This document shows, piece by piece, positions 39,711 to 49,080 of a stretch of DNA of 64,000 nucleotides. Every line of letters begins with the position of its first letter. The first letter of the stretch is position 1. The notes below the pieces were generated by a model. The model did not search any database. It was not told the DNA's origin and saw only the letters and a program-made list of their open reading frames with translations. The position numbers and the translations under genes were made by a program. Where the stretch lies: the NCBI GenBank assembly GCA_017887425.1, contig JAGHHZ010000017.1, forward strand, positions 2,269 through 66,268. The letters are read 5' to 3'. The stretch comes from Bacilli bacterium (GTDB lineage Bacteria; Bacillota_I; Bacilli_A; RF39; UBA660).

Positions 39711-40591
39711 TATGCTCTTATTTTATTAATTAAATCACTATCAAATTCTTTATTTAAAATCATTTCTATCTCAAATTTATATGGTGGATACATTCTTTCT
39801 TTAGAATTATCATCAACTGTTACATAAGGCGTTTCTAATATTTTAGGAATGTCTTTTAATTTGTCGTGATAAATTATTTTAATCAAATTAGCAAATCCTA
39901 AAGTTCCAAATCCAATATTTTCATGACGATCTTTATGAGTATTGATTAAATTTTTACTATCATTAACATGAACACACTTTAAATATTTTAAACCAATTAT
40001 TTGATCAAACTCTTTTAAAACATTATCAAAATCACTTATGTCGTATCCGGCATCATTAATATGACACGTATCTAAGCAAACACACAATTCATAATTAACG
40101 CCATCAATTATTTGTTTTATTTCTTCAAAAGAACTACCTAATTCTGTTCCTTTTCCTGCCATTGTTTCTAAAAGAATTTTAACCTTGCTTTCCCCTACTT
40201 TATTTAAATTATCGATTATATTTTGAATTCCTTCTTCTTTAGTTAATTTCACACTACTACCAGGATGTAATACTAATTTAGTCATCCCCAGTTTTTCAAC
40301 TCTTTTTAATTCTTCTTTTAAGAATGTAACAGCAAAGTCATTATTACTTGCCATGTTAATTATATAAGGAGCATGAACAATAACATTATTAATATCGATA
40401 TTATTTTTAAGCATTAGCTCTTTTCCTTCGTTAGTTAATTTATCATCGATTGGTTGACGATTAGTATTTTGTGGAGCTCCTGTATAAAACATAAAAGTCG
40501 TACTTCCATAACTTAAAGCTTCAGTAACACTCCCTACCAATTGTGTATCTTTTTTAAATGAAACATGTGAACCTATAATCAAATTAATCAT
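39701..40591 (-). CDS. nfo: Endonuclease IV
   Basis: IGSHVS, HAPYIINMAS, VLHPGS, LETMAG, CLDTCH and HVNDS blocks. Confidence 0.9.
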   Translation of the reverse strand: MINLIIGSHVSFKKDTQLVGSVTEALSYGSTTFMFYTGAPQNTNRQPIDDKLTNEGKELMLKNNIDINNVIVHAPYIINMASNNDFAVTFLKEELKRVEKLGMTKLVLHPGSSVKLTKEEGIQNIIDNLNKVGESKVKILLETMAGKGTELGSSFEEIKQIIDGVNYELCVCLDTCHINDAGYDISDFDNVLKEFDQIIGLKYLKCVHVNDSKNLINTHKDRHENIGFGTLGFANLIKIIYHDKLKDIPKILETPYVTVDDNSKERMYPPYKFEIEMILNKEFDSDLINKIRAYYK

Positions 40592-40631
40592 CTCCTTTAT
40601 TAATTATAACTAATAATTATATTAAAGACAA

Positions 40632-40659
40632 GAAAAAACTATTGATAATTTCAATAGTT
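40632..40659 (-). terminator. Rho-independent terminator
   Basis: The minus strand reads AACTATTGA-N5-TCAATAGTT followed by T6, directly after the stop codon. Confidence 0.55.
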
Positions 40660-41384
40660 TAAAACTTAAATGTTTTTTGAAATCCTGATTCAGTTTTTCT
40701 TTGGTATTCATTAATATCTATATCATTAACTTTTAATCTTCCTTCTCTACTAACATTAACAGAGAAAGCATTGTTTTTCATTTGTTCAGTTTGAATTATT
40801 TTAGCTTTTCGAAGTGATCTTGCAACACGATAGTCTTGACCATCTTTACCATATGTTATTATAAGACTAGGTTCGACTAATAAAGATGCTTTAATATATT
40901 CTAATAAAGATTTTTTAAATAAAACTAACTTTTTAGCCGGAACAATAACTTCTTGAGTTCCTAATCTTTCACTAAATTTAAATGGAGTACTTGGATTACT
41001 GATATTAAGGCCTAATAAATCGCTAACAATATTAGACATATTATTACTAATAATATGATTTCTTTGCTCCATAACTTGATTTAAAGTACGTTTACGTTCT
41101 AAAAGTTTTAATAAATCAGTTATTTTAGCTAAACTTAATTGTTGTTTTTGAGTCCCATCAGAATCAGTTAATAAAATATCTAGATTATTTTCTTTTAAAG
41201 CTTCTAAAAATGAAGAAACTATTTCAAAATCACTATCTAAACTATTATATATATTGCCACTAAAAACATCGACAAAGTGACTTTTTTGTCCTTCTACTAA
41301 TATACTTACAGTTGTTTTTTTATTAAAACGAACCAAATATAATTGCTCTAACGGATATAATTTAACTTTAGGTGCATTTTCCAT
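40659..41384 (-). CDS. Hypothetical protein (241 aa)
   Basis: Intact ORF between gpr and nfo. No recognised motif, and it does not look like SpoIIP. Confidence 0.5.
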   Translation of the reverse strand: MENAPKVKLYPLEQLYLVRFNKKTTVSILVEGQKSHFVDVFSGNIYNSLDSDFEIVSSFLEALKENNLDILLTDSDGTQKQQLSLAKITDLLKLLERKRTLNQVMEQRNHIISNNMSNIVSDLLGLNISNPSTPFKFSERLGTQEVIVPAKKLVLFKKSLLEYIKASLLVEPSLIITYGKDGQDYRVARSLRKAKIIQTEQMKNNAFSVNVSREGRLKVNDIDINEYQRKTESGFQKTFKF

Positions 41385-41441
41385 ACTTCCACCCCCAATT
41401 TGACGTTTATTCTAACACATTTTAGTCTAATTGTCAAATTG

Positions 41442-42467
41442 TTACTTGATATTATAATGTAACGCTTTATTAATACCATTGCCGATAATTAAACTTAACT
41501 TTTCAACTAAAAAATCAACCTCTTTAGGTGTTACCATCAAATTAAAACCAATTGGGGTTAGAACTTCAAATAACAATTGTTTAACCTCATTTTCTTCTAA
41601 AGTCCCGACTATTCCTAATAAAGTTTCTTTATCTTTTTTATTTAAAGTTATATTTTCTTTTAAATAATTTGGACTATAGGCCATCAATTTGTTTAATGGA
41701 TTATTAATATTTAATTTTGAATAGGTATAATGTTTATGCATATAGTTAATTGTATCGCTGACAATAGTAATTGCATCGACAACTGTTGGTACACCAATAG
41801 CAATACAAGGAATTTTTAATGTTTCATAACTTATTTCTTTTCTACTATTTCCAATACCACTACCAGGATGAATTCCTGTATCGGTCATTTGAATTGTTTT
41901 ATTAACTCTTTCAATCGATTGACTAGCTAAAGCATCGATAGCAATTAAAAAATCCGGTTTAAATTTATCGACTAAACTACTAATTACTTCACTAGTCTCT
42001 AATCCCGTTTGTCCCATAACACCAGGAACTAATACTGAAACTCTTCGATAACCATCAGTTACTTCTTCTAATTCAAATAAATGATTAGTAACTAAAACAT
42101 TATTAATTACTAAAGGTCCTAAAGAATCGGGTGTTGATTTAGAATTGCCTAACCCTACTATTAGACAACTAGCTTCTTTATCAATATTTAGTTTATTGAT
42201 TAATTTAGTAAGTTCCGAACTGAACTTCTTTTCAACTTTTTTACCATTTTCATAATCTGTAACATCTTCAAATTCGATTGTTATATAGTTACCTTTTTTC
42301 TTATTTATTATTTGACTTGCTTCTTCGTCAATCATAACTTCCGTTACTTTTATCCCATCTTCAGTAATTTCCTTCGAAGTTATCCCTTTAATTTTTTTAT
42401 TGTCGATTGCTTCGATAGCTAAATCCGTTCTTATTTTATAATTTGATAAATCTATATTATGTCCCAT
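41442..42467 (-). CDS. gpr: GPR endopeptidase (spore germination protease)
   Basis: IRTDLAIEA near the N-terminus and IAIDALAS / GVPTVVDA blocks. Divergent from rpsT, as in Bacillus. Confidence 0.9.
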   Translation of the reverse strand: MGHNIDLSNYKIRTDLAIEAIDNKKIKGITSKEITEDGIKVTEVMIDEEASQIINKKKGNYITIEFEDVTDYENGKKVEKKFSSELTKLINKLNIDKEASCLIVGLGNSKSTPDSLGPLVINNVLVTNHLFELEEVTDGYRRVSVLVPGVMGQTGLETSEVISSLVDKFKPDFLIAIDALASQSIERVNKTIQMTDTGIHPGSGIGNSRKEISYETLKIPCIAIGVPTVVDAITIVSDTINYMHKHYTYSKLNINNPLNKLMAYSPNYLKENITLNKKDKETLLGIVGTLEENEVKQLLFEVLTPIGFNLMVTPKEVDFLVEKLSLIIGNGINKALHYNIK

Positions 42468-42520
42468 AATTCCTCACCAATAATATTGTTAGCTCATTTT
42501 AATCTTTTATGCGAAAAGTG

Positions 42521-42549
42521 TTGCATTTTTAACAATAAAATGGTAAAAT
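42521..42549 (+). promoter_or_regulatory. Sigma-A-type promoter of rpsT
   Basis: TTGCAT, 17 nt, TAAAAT. Confidence 0.5.
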
Positions 42550-42581
42550 GAGTATGTTTTAAAGAGCTTGGAGGTGATATC

Positions 42582-42845
42582 ATGGCAAATATGAAAAATG
42601 CAAAGAAAAAAATCAAATCAATCGCTAAAGAAACTGTAAATAACAATAACTATGCTGCTAGTATGAAAACTGCTTGCAAAAATGTTGAAAAAGCTGTAAT
42701 TGCTAAAGATAAAGAAAAAGCAACTGACAATTTAAAAATAGCTATCAAAAGAATCGATAAAGCTTCACAAGCTGGAGCTGTTAAGAAAAATACTGCTGCT
42801 CGTAATAAATCACGTTTAACAAAAAAAGTAAATGCTATGGAATAA
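42582..42845 (+). CDS. rpsT: 30S ribosomal protein S20
   Basis: MANMKNAKKKIKS...KNTAARNKSRL. SD GGAGGTGA. Confidence 0.95.
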   Translation: MANMKNAKKKIKSIAKETVNNNNYAASMKTACKNVEKAVIAKDKEKATDNLKIAIKRIDKASQAGAVKKNTAARNKSRLTKKVNAME

Positions 42846-42874
42846 AACATTTACTTTTTTGTTTTATTTTTTTT
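42843..42874 (+). terminator. Weak AT-rich terminator after rpsT
   Basis: TAAAACA-N10-TGTTTTA followed by T8. Confidence 0.4.
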
Positions 42875-42905
42875 ATTTTTTGGTATAATTAAAATAGGTG
42901 AAAAT

Positions 42906-43808
42906 ATGAGAGACTTATTAAAACTATTACCACTAGTAATTTTATTTATATTAGTATTTATTTATCGTGAACCAATTACAGAATATATCGTCGAAAAAAT
43001 TATTTTTTCTAAAGAAATATATATTGAAGAACCAAATCAATATGCTCTTGATTATGATTTTGAATATATAAAAACAACTGATGATTTCATAGCTGACAAT
43101 AGACAAGAAATTTTAAATATAATATATACTTCTTTAAACAATGGCTATGATAACTTTTACTTTTATTGTCATTATGAAGAATGTCAAGAAGATGTTAGCG
43201 ATATAACCGAACCAGAAAACTTAATTACAATCAGTAATTATATTCACCCATATAATGCATATCGTCGTGTCTATGTTTCTACTAACTCATTTGATAAAGT
43301 TGAAATTAGAATTGAAAAATCTTATACTAAGGACAATATTAATTCCATTAATCAAAAACTAGATCAAATAATCAAAGAAATTATTACCGATGATATGTCT
43401 GATAAAGAAAAAATAACAGTATTCCATAATTATATTATCGATAATACAGTTTATGATTCTAATTATCTTGAAACGAACTTAAATGACATTGATAATCCAT
43501 CTCATAAAGCTTTAGGTCCATTATTTTTCGGTAGAGCTTTATGTGGAGGCTATGCGGATGTTATGGCGATATTTTTAAACAGACTAAATATTCCTAATTA
43601 TCGTATTTCTAGTTCTGATCACATTTGGAACTTTGTCTATTTAGATAACAATTGGTATCATTTAGACTTAACATGGGACGATCCTGTTACCGATAGTGGC
43701 GTTAATATGCGATTAGATACCTTTCTTCTAATAACAACTGAACAATTAGAAAACTTGAATACAAATTATCATATATACAATAAAACTATTTATCCAGAAG
43801 CTAAATAG
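42906..43808 (+). CDS. Membrane-anchored transglutaminase-like cysteine protease-fold protein
   Basis: N-terminal TM segment and a Cys-His-Asp core (ALCGGYADVMAIFL, SSDHIWNFVYL, YHLDLTWDD). Extended -10 TGGTATAAT upstream. Confidence 0.8.
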   Translation: MRDLLKLLPLVILFILVFIYREPITEYIVEKIIFSKEIYIEEPNQYALDYDFEYIKTTDDFIADNRQEILNIIYTSLNNGYDNFYFYCHYEECQEDVSDITEPENLITISNYIHPYNAYRRVYVSTNSFDKVEIRIEKSYTKDNINSINQKLDQIIKEIITDDMSDKEKITVFHNYIIDNTVYDSNYLETNLNDIDNPSHKALGPLFFGRALCGGYADVMAIFLNRLNIPNYRISSSDHIWNFVYLDNNWYHLDLTWDDPVTDSGVNMRLDTFLLITTEQLENLNTNYHIYNKTIYPEAK

Positions 43809-43843
43809 TTTTTTATATTAAAAAATTGTACAAAAATGTACAA

Positions 43844-45073
43844 TTAATCAAATACTTCGTAAATTGGTAAAGATATAACCACTTTAGTTCCTTCATTTAC
43901 TTTAGAAAAATATTCTAAAGTTCCATCATGCGCTGATATTATCTCACAAGATAAAGATACACCTAAGCCTGTGCCATTTTTTTTAGTTGTATAAAAAGGC
44001 TCTTTTATTCTTTCCATATCACTTTCATTTATACCACTTCCATTATCTTCTATAGAAATAATAAATTTATTCCCATCAATCTTATGATTTAAACTAATTT
44101 TAGGTTTTTTAGTGTTATCTAAAGCTTCAACTGAGTTTTTAATCATATTGATAAACACTTGGTTTAATCTATTATAATCACCTTCGATAAAAATTTCATC
44201 TAAAGCAATATCATAGTCAAACTTAATATTTTTTCCTTTTAAAAGAGGCGTTAACTGATCGACGACATCTTCTAGCAACATATTGATATCTAATATTTCT
44301 TTTTGGATTTTAATTTTATTCATTGCCAAGAAATCTTGTAACAACAGTAATATTTTTTCGTTTTCTTCTTTTAAGATATTAATATATTTGATATGTTCTT
44401 TATTATTAATGTCAAACATATCTAAATAACTTTTACAAACAGCAATGGGATTTTTAATTTCATGAGTGATTTTAAATAAAGAATCTCTAATTTGTTTATC
44501 ATTCTCTAACTCTTTGATACTCATATGTAATTTAATAATATCTTCACCTTTATTATACATATAAATAATTAAATAAGTAATAACTATAAAAGTAACTAAC
44601 ATCAACAAGCTATTAGTAAGATAAAATTTCTCATCATATATAAAATAAGTGGAGATAGAAAAAAGCGACTTAAACACAAAAAACAAAATCAAAAATAATG
44701 ACTCTTTTCTTTTATAGGTTAATAAATAAATTATGAAATAAACAATATATTCAAAAATCAAAAGAAATATATTCATACCCAAACCATAATAAATATAAAC
44801 TAATATAATAGAAATAATTATTCCAATATAACTTCTTTTTTTTATATAAGCAAAAATAAGGGGAATATTAAATAATAAGACAATTGTTAAATTATTTTCT
44901 AGATCATTAAAAGTAATCAATAAATAAATACTTGATAACAAGGCAAAATCTAAAAAAGTTTTGCTTTGTTCTTTATCAATATTATTGCTATAAGTCCAAT
45001 AAAACAAATTAAAAATCAATGGAAAAACTAAAAGAATGATATTTAATAAAATTTGTTGGAAAACATTCACCAT
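43844..45073 (-). CDS. Orphan sensor histidine kinase with a multi-TM N-terminal sensor
   Basis: About six TM helices, H-box THEIKNPIAV, N-box and G-boxes (MIKNSVEA, EDNGSGI, GTGLGVS). No adjacent response regulator. Confidence 0.8.
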   Translation of the reverse strand: MVNVFQQILLNIILLVFPLIFNLFYWTYSNNIDKEQSKTFLDFALLSSIYLLITFNDLENNLTIVLLFNIPLIFAYIKKRSYIGIIISIILVYIYYGLGMNIFLLIFEYIVYFIIYLLTYKRKESLFLILFFVFKSLFSISTYFIYDEKFYLTNSLLMLVTFIVITYLIIYMYNKGEDIIKLHMSIKELENDKQIRDSLFKITHEIKNPIAVCKSYLDMFDINNKEHIKYINILKEENEKILLLLQDFLAMNKIKIQKEILDINMLLEDVVDQLTPLLKGKNIKFDYDIALDEIFIEGDYNRLNQVFINMIKNSVEALDNTKKPKISLNHKIDGNKFIISIEDNGSGINESDMERIKEPFYTTKKNGTGLGVSLSCEIISAHDGTLEYFSKVNEGTKVVISLPIYEVFD

Positions 45074-45136
45074 AAGTCACCTCTTAATAATTATAATATA
45101 TTATTTTGTCAAACTTTGTCGAATTATGTCGAGAAA

Positions 45137-45161
45137 AGAAAAAAAGTAATCAAATTACTTT
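45137..45161 (-). terminator. Rho-independent terminator
   Basis: The minus strand reads AAAGTAAT-TTG-ATTACTTT followed by T7. Overlaps the stop codon. Confidence 0.55.
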
Positions 45162-45481
45162 AATGCATCGATAAATTTTTCTATTTTTTGGGCCTGATCA
45201 CCTAAAATTATTTTCAACTGATTATCTATTTCGACAATTCCTTGTGCTCCTATTTTTTGAATACCTTCTTTATTAACTTTTTTAGTATCTTTTAATTCCA
45301 CAATAAATCTTGATTTATTAGTTTCATATTTAATAATATTATCTTTACCACCTAAATACTCAACCAATTTATTAGCCTCTAACTTAAAATCTTTTTGTTT
45401 AGATTTAACAATAGCTACTGCTATAATTATTAAGACAATAATTATTATTAAATATTGCCATATTTGTTCCATTTCTATCAC
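45155..45481 (-). CDS. Membrane-anchored PTS EIIB(Glc)-like domain protein lacking the phospho-Cys
   Basis: LVEYLGGKDNIIKYETNKSRFIVELKD...GAQGIVEIDNQLKIILG matches the EIIB pattern LGGKENI..V..CATRLR..., but with NKSRFI in place of CATRLR. One TM segment at the N-terminus. Confidence 0.55.
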   Translation of the reverse strand: MIEMEQIWQYLIIIIVLIIIAVAIVKSKQKDFKLEANKLVEYLGGKDNIIKYETNKSRFIVELKDTKKVNKEGIQKIGAQGIVEIDNQLKIILGDQAQKIEKFIDALK

Positions 45482-45591
45482 CTTTATTAATTATACTATA
45501 TTTTTTTTATTTTGAAAACATTTTAATTGTATAATTTCTAAAATTAGTGTAAGATAATAATGAGTTAAAAATTAGAAAGGAATCAAAACCA

Positions 45592-46716
45592 ATGAAGAAA
45601 ATTTCAAAATATAAAATTGACATTTGGTTATTATTAATTCTATTAATATTTATAATTATTAGTCTAGTTATGATTAATAGTGCGGAAATATTAATATCTA
45701 ATAATACTTTAGTTTTTAAACAAATTCTTTGGTATATAGCTGGTTTTTTAATCGCTTATTTTATAATGTTTATTGGTAATGATTTCATTTATCGTAATGT
45801 CTGGTTTTTCTATATTATTGGTATAATATCATTAATCGGATTATTATTATTTGCTGAGCCAATTAATAACGCTAAATGTTGGTATAGTATTCCTGGAATT
45901 GGTACGATTCAGCCAAGTGAATTTATGAAAATTATTTTAATTATTACTTTAGGAACAATGATTCATAAATTTAATGATGAATATAATAACCCGACAGTCT
46001 TAGAAGAATTTAAGTTTTTAATTAAAGTAGGAATTGTTGTTTTTATTCCCAGTATTTTAACCTTTTTACAACCAGATACTGGTGTTGTATTAATATACCT
46101 ACTCATTACTATTATTATGTTATTTATATCAGGAATTAGATATAGATGGTTTATTATCCTATTTTCTATAATTATTATTTCCCTTGCAACTATATTAGGT
46201 ATTTATTTTATCAATACTGATTTATTTATTAATATTTTTGGTACTGATTTCTTTTTACGAATCGACCGATTACTTGATTGGTCAAATAGTAGTGGTTATC
46301 AGTTAGAAAATGGAATGACTAGTATTGGTGCCGGTGGCTTATTAGGCATGGGAATAAATAATACTCCAATCTATTTTCCAGAGCCACAGACAGACTTTAT
46401 TTTTGCTGTGTATGCTAATAACTTTGGATTTATTGGAGTGCTATTCCTTTTAGGTTTAATAACTATCTTTGATATTAAATTAATCTTGTTAGCTATTAAA
46501 AATACCAACTTAACTAACAAATATATCATTGCTGGTATTGTTGGCATGCTTATATATCAACAGCTACAAAATATCGGTATGACTTTCGGCTTGATGCCGA
46601 TAACTGGTATAACTTTACCTTTTATAAGTTATGGTGGTTCATCACTATTAAGTTACATGATTATGATGGGAATTATCTTTAATATTTCCAATGAAACAAT
46701 TAGATATACAAATTGA
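45592..46716 (+). CDS. FtsW/RodA/SpoVE-family (SEDS) protein
   Basis: About ten TM segments, with the conserved blocks QPSEFMKI, PDTG, TDFIF and GITLPFISYGGSS. Confidence 0.85.
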   Translation: MKKISKYKIDIWLLLILLIFIIISLVMINSAEILISNNTLVFKQILWYIAGFLIAYFIMFIGNDFIYRNVWFFYIIGIISLIGLLLFAEPINNAKCWYSIPGIGTIQPSEFMKIILIITLGTMIHKFNDEYNNPTVLEEFKFLIKVGIVVFIPSILTFLQPDTGVVLIYLLITIIMLFISGIRYRWFIILFSIIIISLATILGIYFINTDLFINIFGTDFFLRIDRLLDWSNSSGYQLENGMTSIGAGGLLGMGINNTPIYFPEPQTDFIFAVYANNFGFIGVLFLLGLITIFDIKLILLAIKNTNLTNKYIIAGIVGMLIYQQLQNIGMTFGLMPITGITLPFISYGGSSLLSYMIMMGIIFNISNETIRYTN

Positions 46717-46767
46717 CTTATTTTTAAAATTATGATACTATAATCACTACTTAAAGAGGTGAATTCT

Positions 46768-47211
46768 ATGGATAAAATAGTGCCAGCTAGAAAAAAAGTT
46801 TATATTGTTTGTGGTTTTGGCGAATATAAATATGTTTGGAATCATTTACAAGAATTGATAGATGTTAAAAAAGAAGAATTGATTATTCCTTACTGTTTTA
46901 TGCACTACGAACAAGTTGATAAAGCATTACTTTCAACTACTGATGAATTAAGTCAAGAATTAAATGCTTCATATGATGAAATAAAATTAGCTGTTTTTGA
47001 TCAATTTTTACACGAAAAAAATAACCATTTTAAAACATATGTAGATGATGCTGAAGAAATAGTTATTTTATTACCTGAACACGCTTCTTGTAAACCAGAA
47101 GATATTAGTGAAAAAAACCAAGAAATTGAATTCTGTGGTACATTAAAAAATAAACGGATTAGAACAACTAACTTATTAGAAAAAGAAAAACAAAAAGTCA
47201 TTAAACCATAA
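46768..47211 (+). CDS. Hypothetical protein (147 aa)
   Basis: The ATG at 46768 lies behind AAAGAGGTGA. No recognised motif. Confidence 0.5.
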   Translation: MDKIVPARKKVYIVCGFGEYKYVWNHLQELIDVKKEELIIPYCFMHYEQVDKALLSTTDELSQELNASYDEIKLAVFDQFLHEKNNHFKTYVDDAEEIVILLPEHASCKPEDISEKNQEIEFCGTLKNKRIRTTNLLEKEKQKVIKP

Positions 47212-47220
47212 TGACTTTTT
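47192..47220. terminator. Bidirectional terminator between convergent genes
   Basis: AAAAAGTCATT-N7-AATGACTTTTT (11 bp), flanked by A and T runs. Confidence 0.65.
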
Positions 47221-47221
47221 A

Positions 47222-47401
47222 TTATTCTTCAGTTTTAATTACTTCTTTATTTTTGTATGTTCCACAATTTGGACAAACACGATGTGGTTTAATCATTTCA
47301 CCGCATTTTGGACATTTAACAGTAGTACTTGCTTCAATAGTATAATGAGTTCTTCTTTTGCGTCCACGTGTTTTACTAATTTTTCTAAATGGTACAGCCA
47401 T
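47222..47401 (-). CDS. rpmF: 50S ribosomal protein L32
   Basis: Below the track cutoff. The rc reads [59 protein letters not shown]. Confidence 0.9.
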   Translation of the reverse strand: MAVPFRKISKTRGRKRRTHYTIEASTTVKCPKCGEMIKPHRVCPNCGTYKNKEVIKTEE

Positions 47402-47418
47402 TTATGACACCTCTTTCC

Positions 47419-47904
47419 TTATAATAAATCTTTTAATTTTTCTAGTTCAGGATTGATTCTTTCTTCCTTATCAGTTATAAATTTCCAACCATCACCCTCT
47501 GTTTTAACATCAGATAAGTCGTCATTTACAACTCTAAGGGGAATTTCCATTAATATATTTTCCCATATTATTGGAAAAATATCAAGAGTATTTGCCTCAT
47601 TTTTATCAAAATCTTCCAACAAACTATCTAAATCATCATCAATTTGACTTAAAAATGGATATTTTGTTGGCTTTAAACTGATTGAACAAGGTAAAATCAT
47701 AACTCCTTCAATTTTAACATTCAAATGAAGTTTACCAAAACTATTAGTTATTTTCCCTTTTATACTAACATTATTTAAATCTAAAATACCAGTATTTTTT
47801 AACTGTTCTTGTGAAAAAGAATAGTTAATATCAATATCAGCATATTCATCAATACCACTTCTTAGTCTTGTAATATCGATAATCATCCGCATCACCACAA
47901 CCAT
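47419..47904 (-). CDS. YceD/DUF177-family protein
   Basis: It lies directly upstream of rpmF, the conserved pairing. Acidic C-terminus. The true start may be the internal MRMIIDI or MIIDI. Confidence 0.75.
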   Translation of the reverse strand: MVVVMRMIIDITRLRSGIDEYADIDINYSFSQEQLKNTGILDLNNVSIKGKITNSFGKLHLNVKIEGVMILPCSISLKPTKYPFLSQIDDDLDSLLEDFDKNEANTLDIFPIIWENILMEIPLRVVNDDLSDVKTEGDGWKFITDKEERINPELEKLKDLL

Positions 47905-47965
47905 TATACAGAAAAAGTTTTAAAATGTAAATAAAAATGCTATAATTTATAACAGGTGATTAATT

Positions 47966-49060
47966 ATGATCGGTATTATTGGCGAATATAATCCATTTCA
48001 CAATGGACATTTATATCATATTAAAAAAGTTAAAGAAATGTTTCCAAATGATATAATCTGTTTAGTGCTTGTCGGTAACTTTTTAAATAGAGGTGATGTT
48101 AGTGTTATCGAAAAATACGATAAAACTCTCCTTGCCTTAGAATATGGCGTTGATTTAGTTGTCGAACTACCTACTACTTTTGCAATTCAATCGGCTGACA
48201 TATATGCTTATGGAGCAATAACTGTTTTAAATCATTTAAAATGTAATTATTTAGTATTTGGTAGCGAATCAAACAATTTAGAAGTTTTAAATAAAATAGC
48301 TGATTTTCAAATAAATAATAATATTGATATAAGTGAATATGTTAAAAAAGGTTATAACTACCCTACTAGCTTATCTTTAGCAATTCAAAAAAAATTAAAT
48401 ATAAAAATTGATTCTCCTAATGATTTACTAGGAATTAGTTATGTTAAAGCAATCAAAAAATTAAACAGTCAAATTAAACCAATCACAATAAAAAGAACTA
48501 ATCATTACCATGATTTAGAAACAAGTGGAAAAATAAGTAGTGCGACAAGTATTAGAAATTTAATTAATAATAATGAAAATATTGAAAAATATGTTCCTCC
48601 TAAGACTTTAAAATATATTAAAAATATCAATTTAAATGATTTTTATCAAATCACAAAATATAAAATTATGACCGATGACCTAACTAAATATCAAGATATC
48701 GATTCTAATTTAAGTAATTTATTAAAAAAACATATTACTAAAGCTAACAACATCGAAGAATTAATTAATCTCGTTAAATGTAAGAATTACACTTATAATA
48801 AAATTAAAAGATGCTTAGTTCACATATTGTGCTGTCTATATAAAAATAATTATAAAATTGAATATATTCATATTTTAGGTTTTAATTTAAAGGGTAAAAA
48901 TTATTTAAATAAAATAAAAAAAGAGATAAAATTGCCTCTTATAACTAATTATAATAAATTATTAGATTATCAATTATTAACTGATAAAATATATGCTTTA
49001 GTTAGTAATGATATTAAAATAACTAAGCCTATTTATAAAAATACAACTACAAATATGTAG
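47966..49060 (+). CDS. tmcAL: tRNA(Met) cytidine acetate ligase (YlbM/TmcAL family nucleotidyltransferase)
   Basis: The N-terminus MIGIIGEYNPFHNGHLYHI (HxGH-type motif), plus synteny with yceD-rpmF as in B. subtilis ylbM-ylbN-rpmF. Confidence 0.8.
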   Translation: MIGIIGEYNPFHNGHLYHIKKVKEMFPNDIICLVLVGNFLNRGDVSVIEKYDKTLLALEYGVDLVVELPTTFAIQSADIYAYGAITVLNHLKCNYLVFGSESNNLEVLNKIADFQINNNIDISEYVKKGYNYPTSLSLAIQKKLNIKIDSPNDLLGISYVKAIKKLNSQIKPITIKRTNHYHDLETSGKISSATSIRNLINNNENIEKYVPPKTLKYIKNINLNDFYQITKYKIMTDDLTKYQDIDSNLSNLLKKHITKANNIEELINLVKCKNYTYNKIKRCLVHILCCLYKNNYKIEYIHILGFNLKGKNYLNKIKKEIKLPLITNYNKLLDYQLLTDKIYALVSNDIKITKPIYKNTTTNM

Positions 49061-49080
49061 CTGTATTTTTAATAATATTT

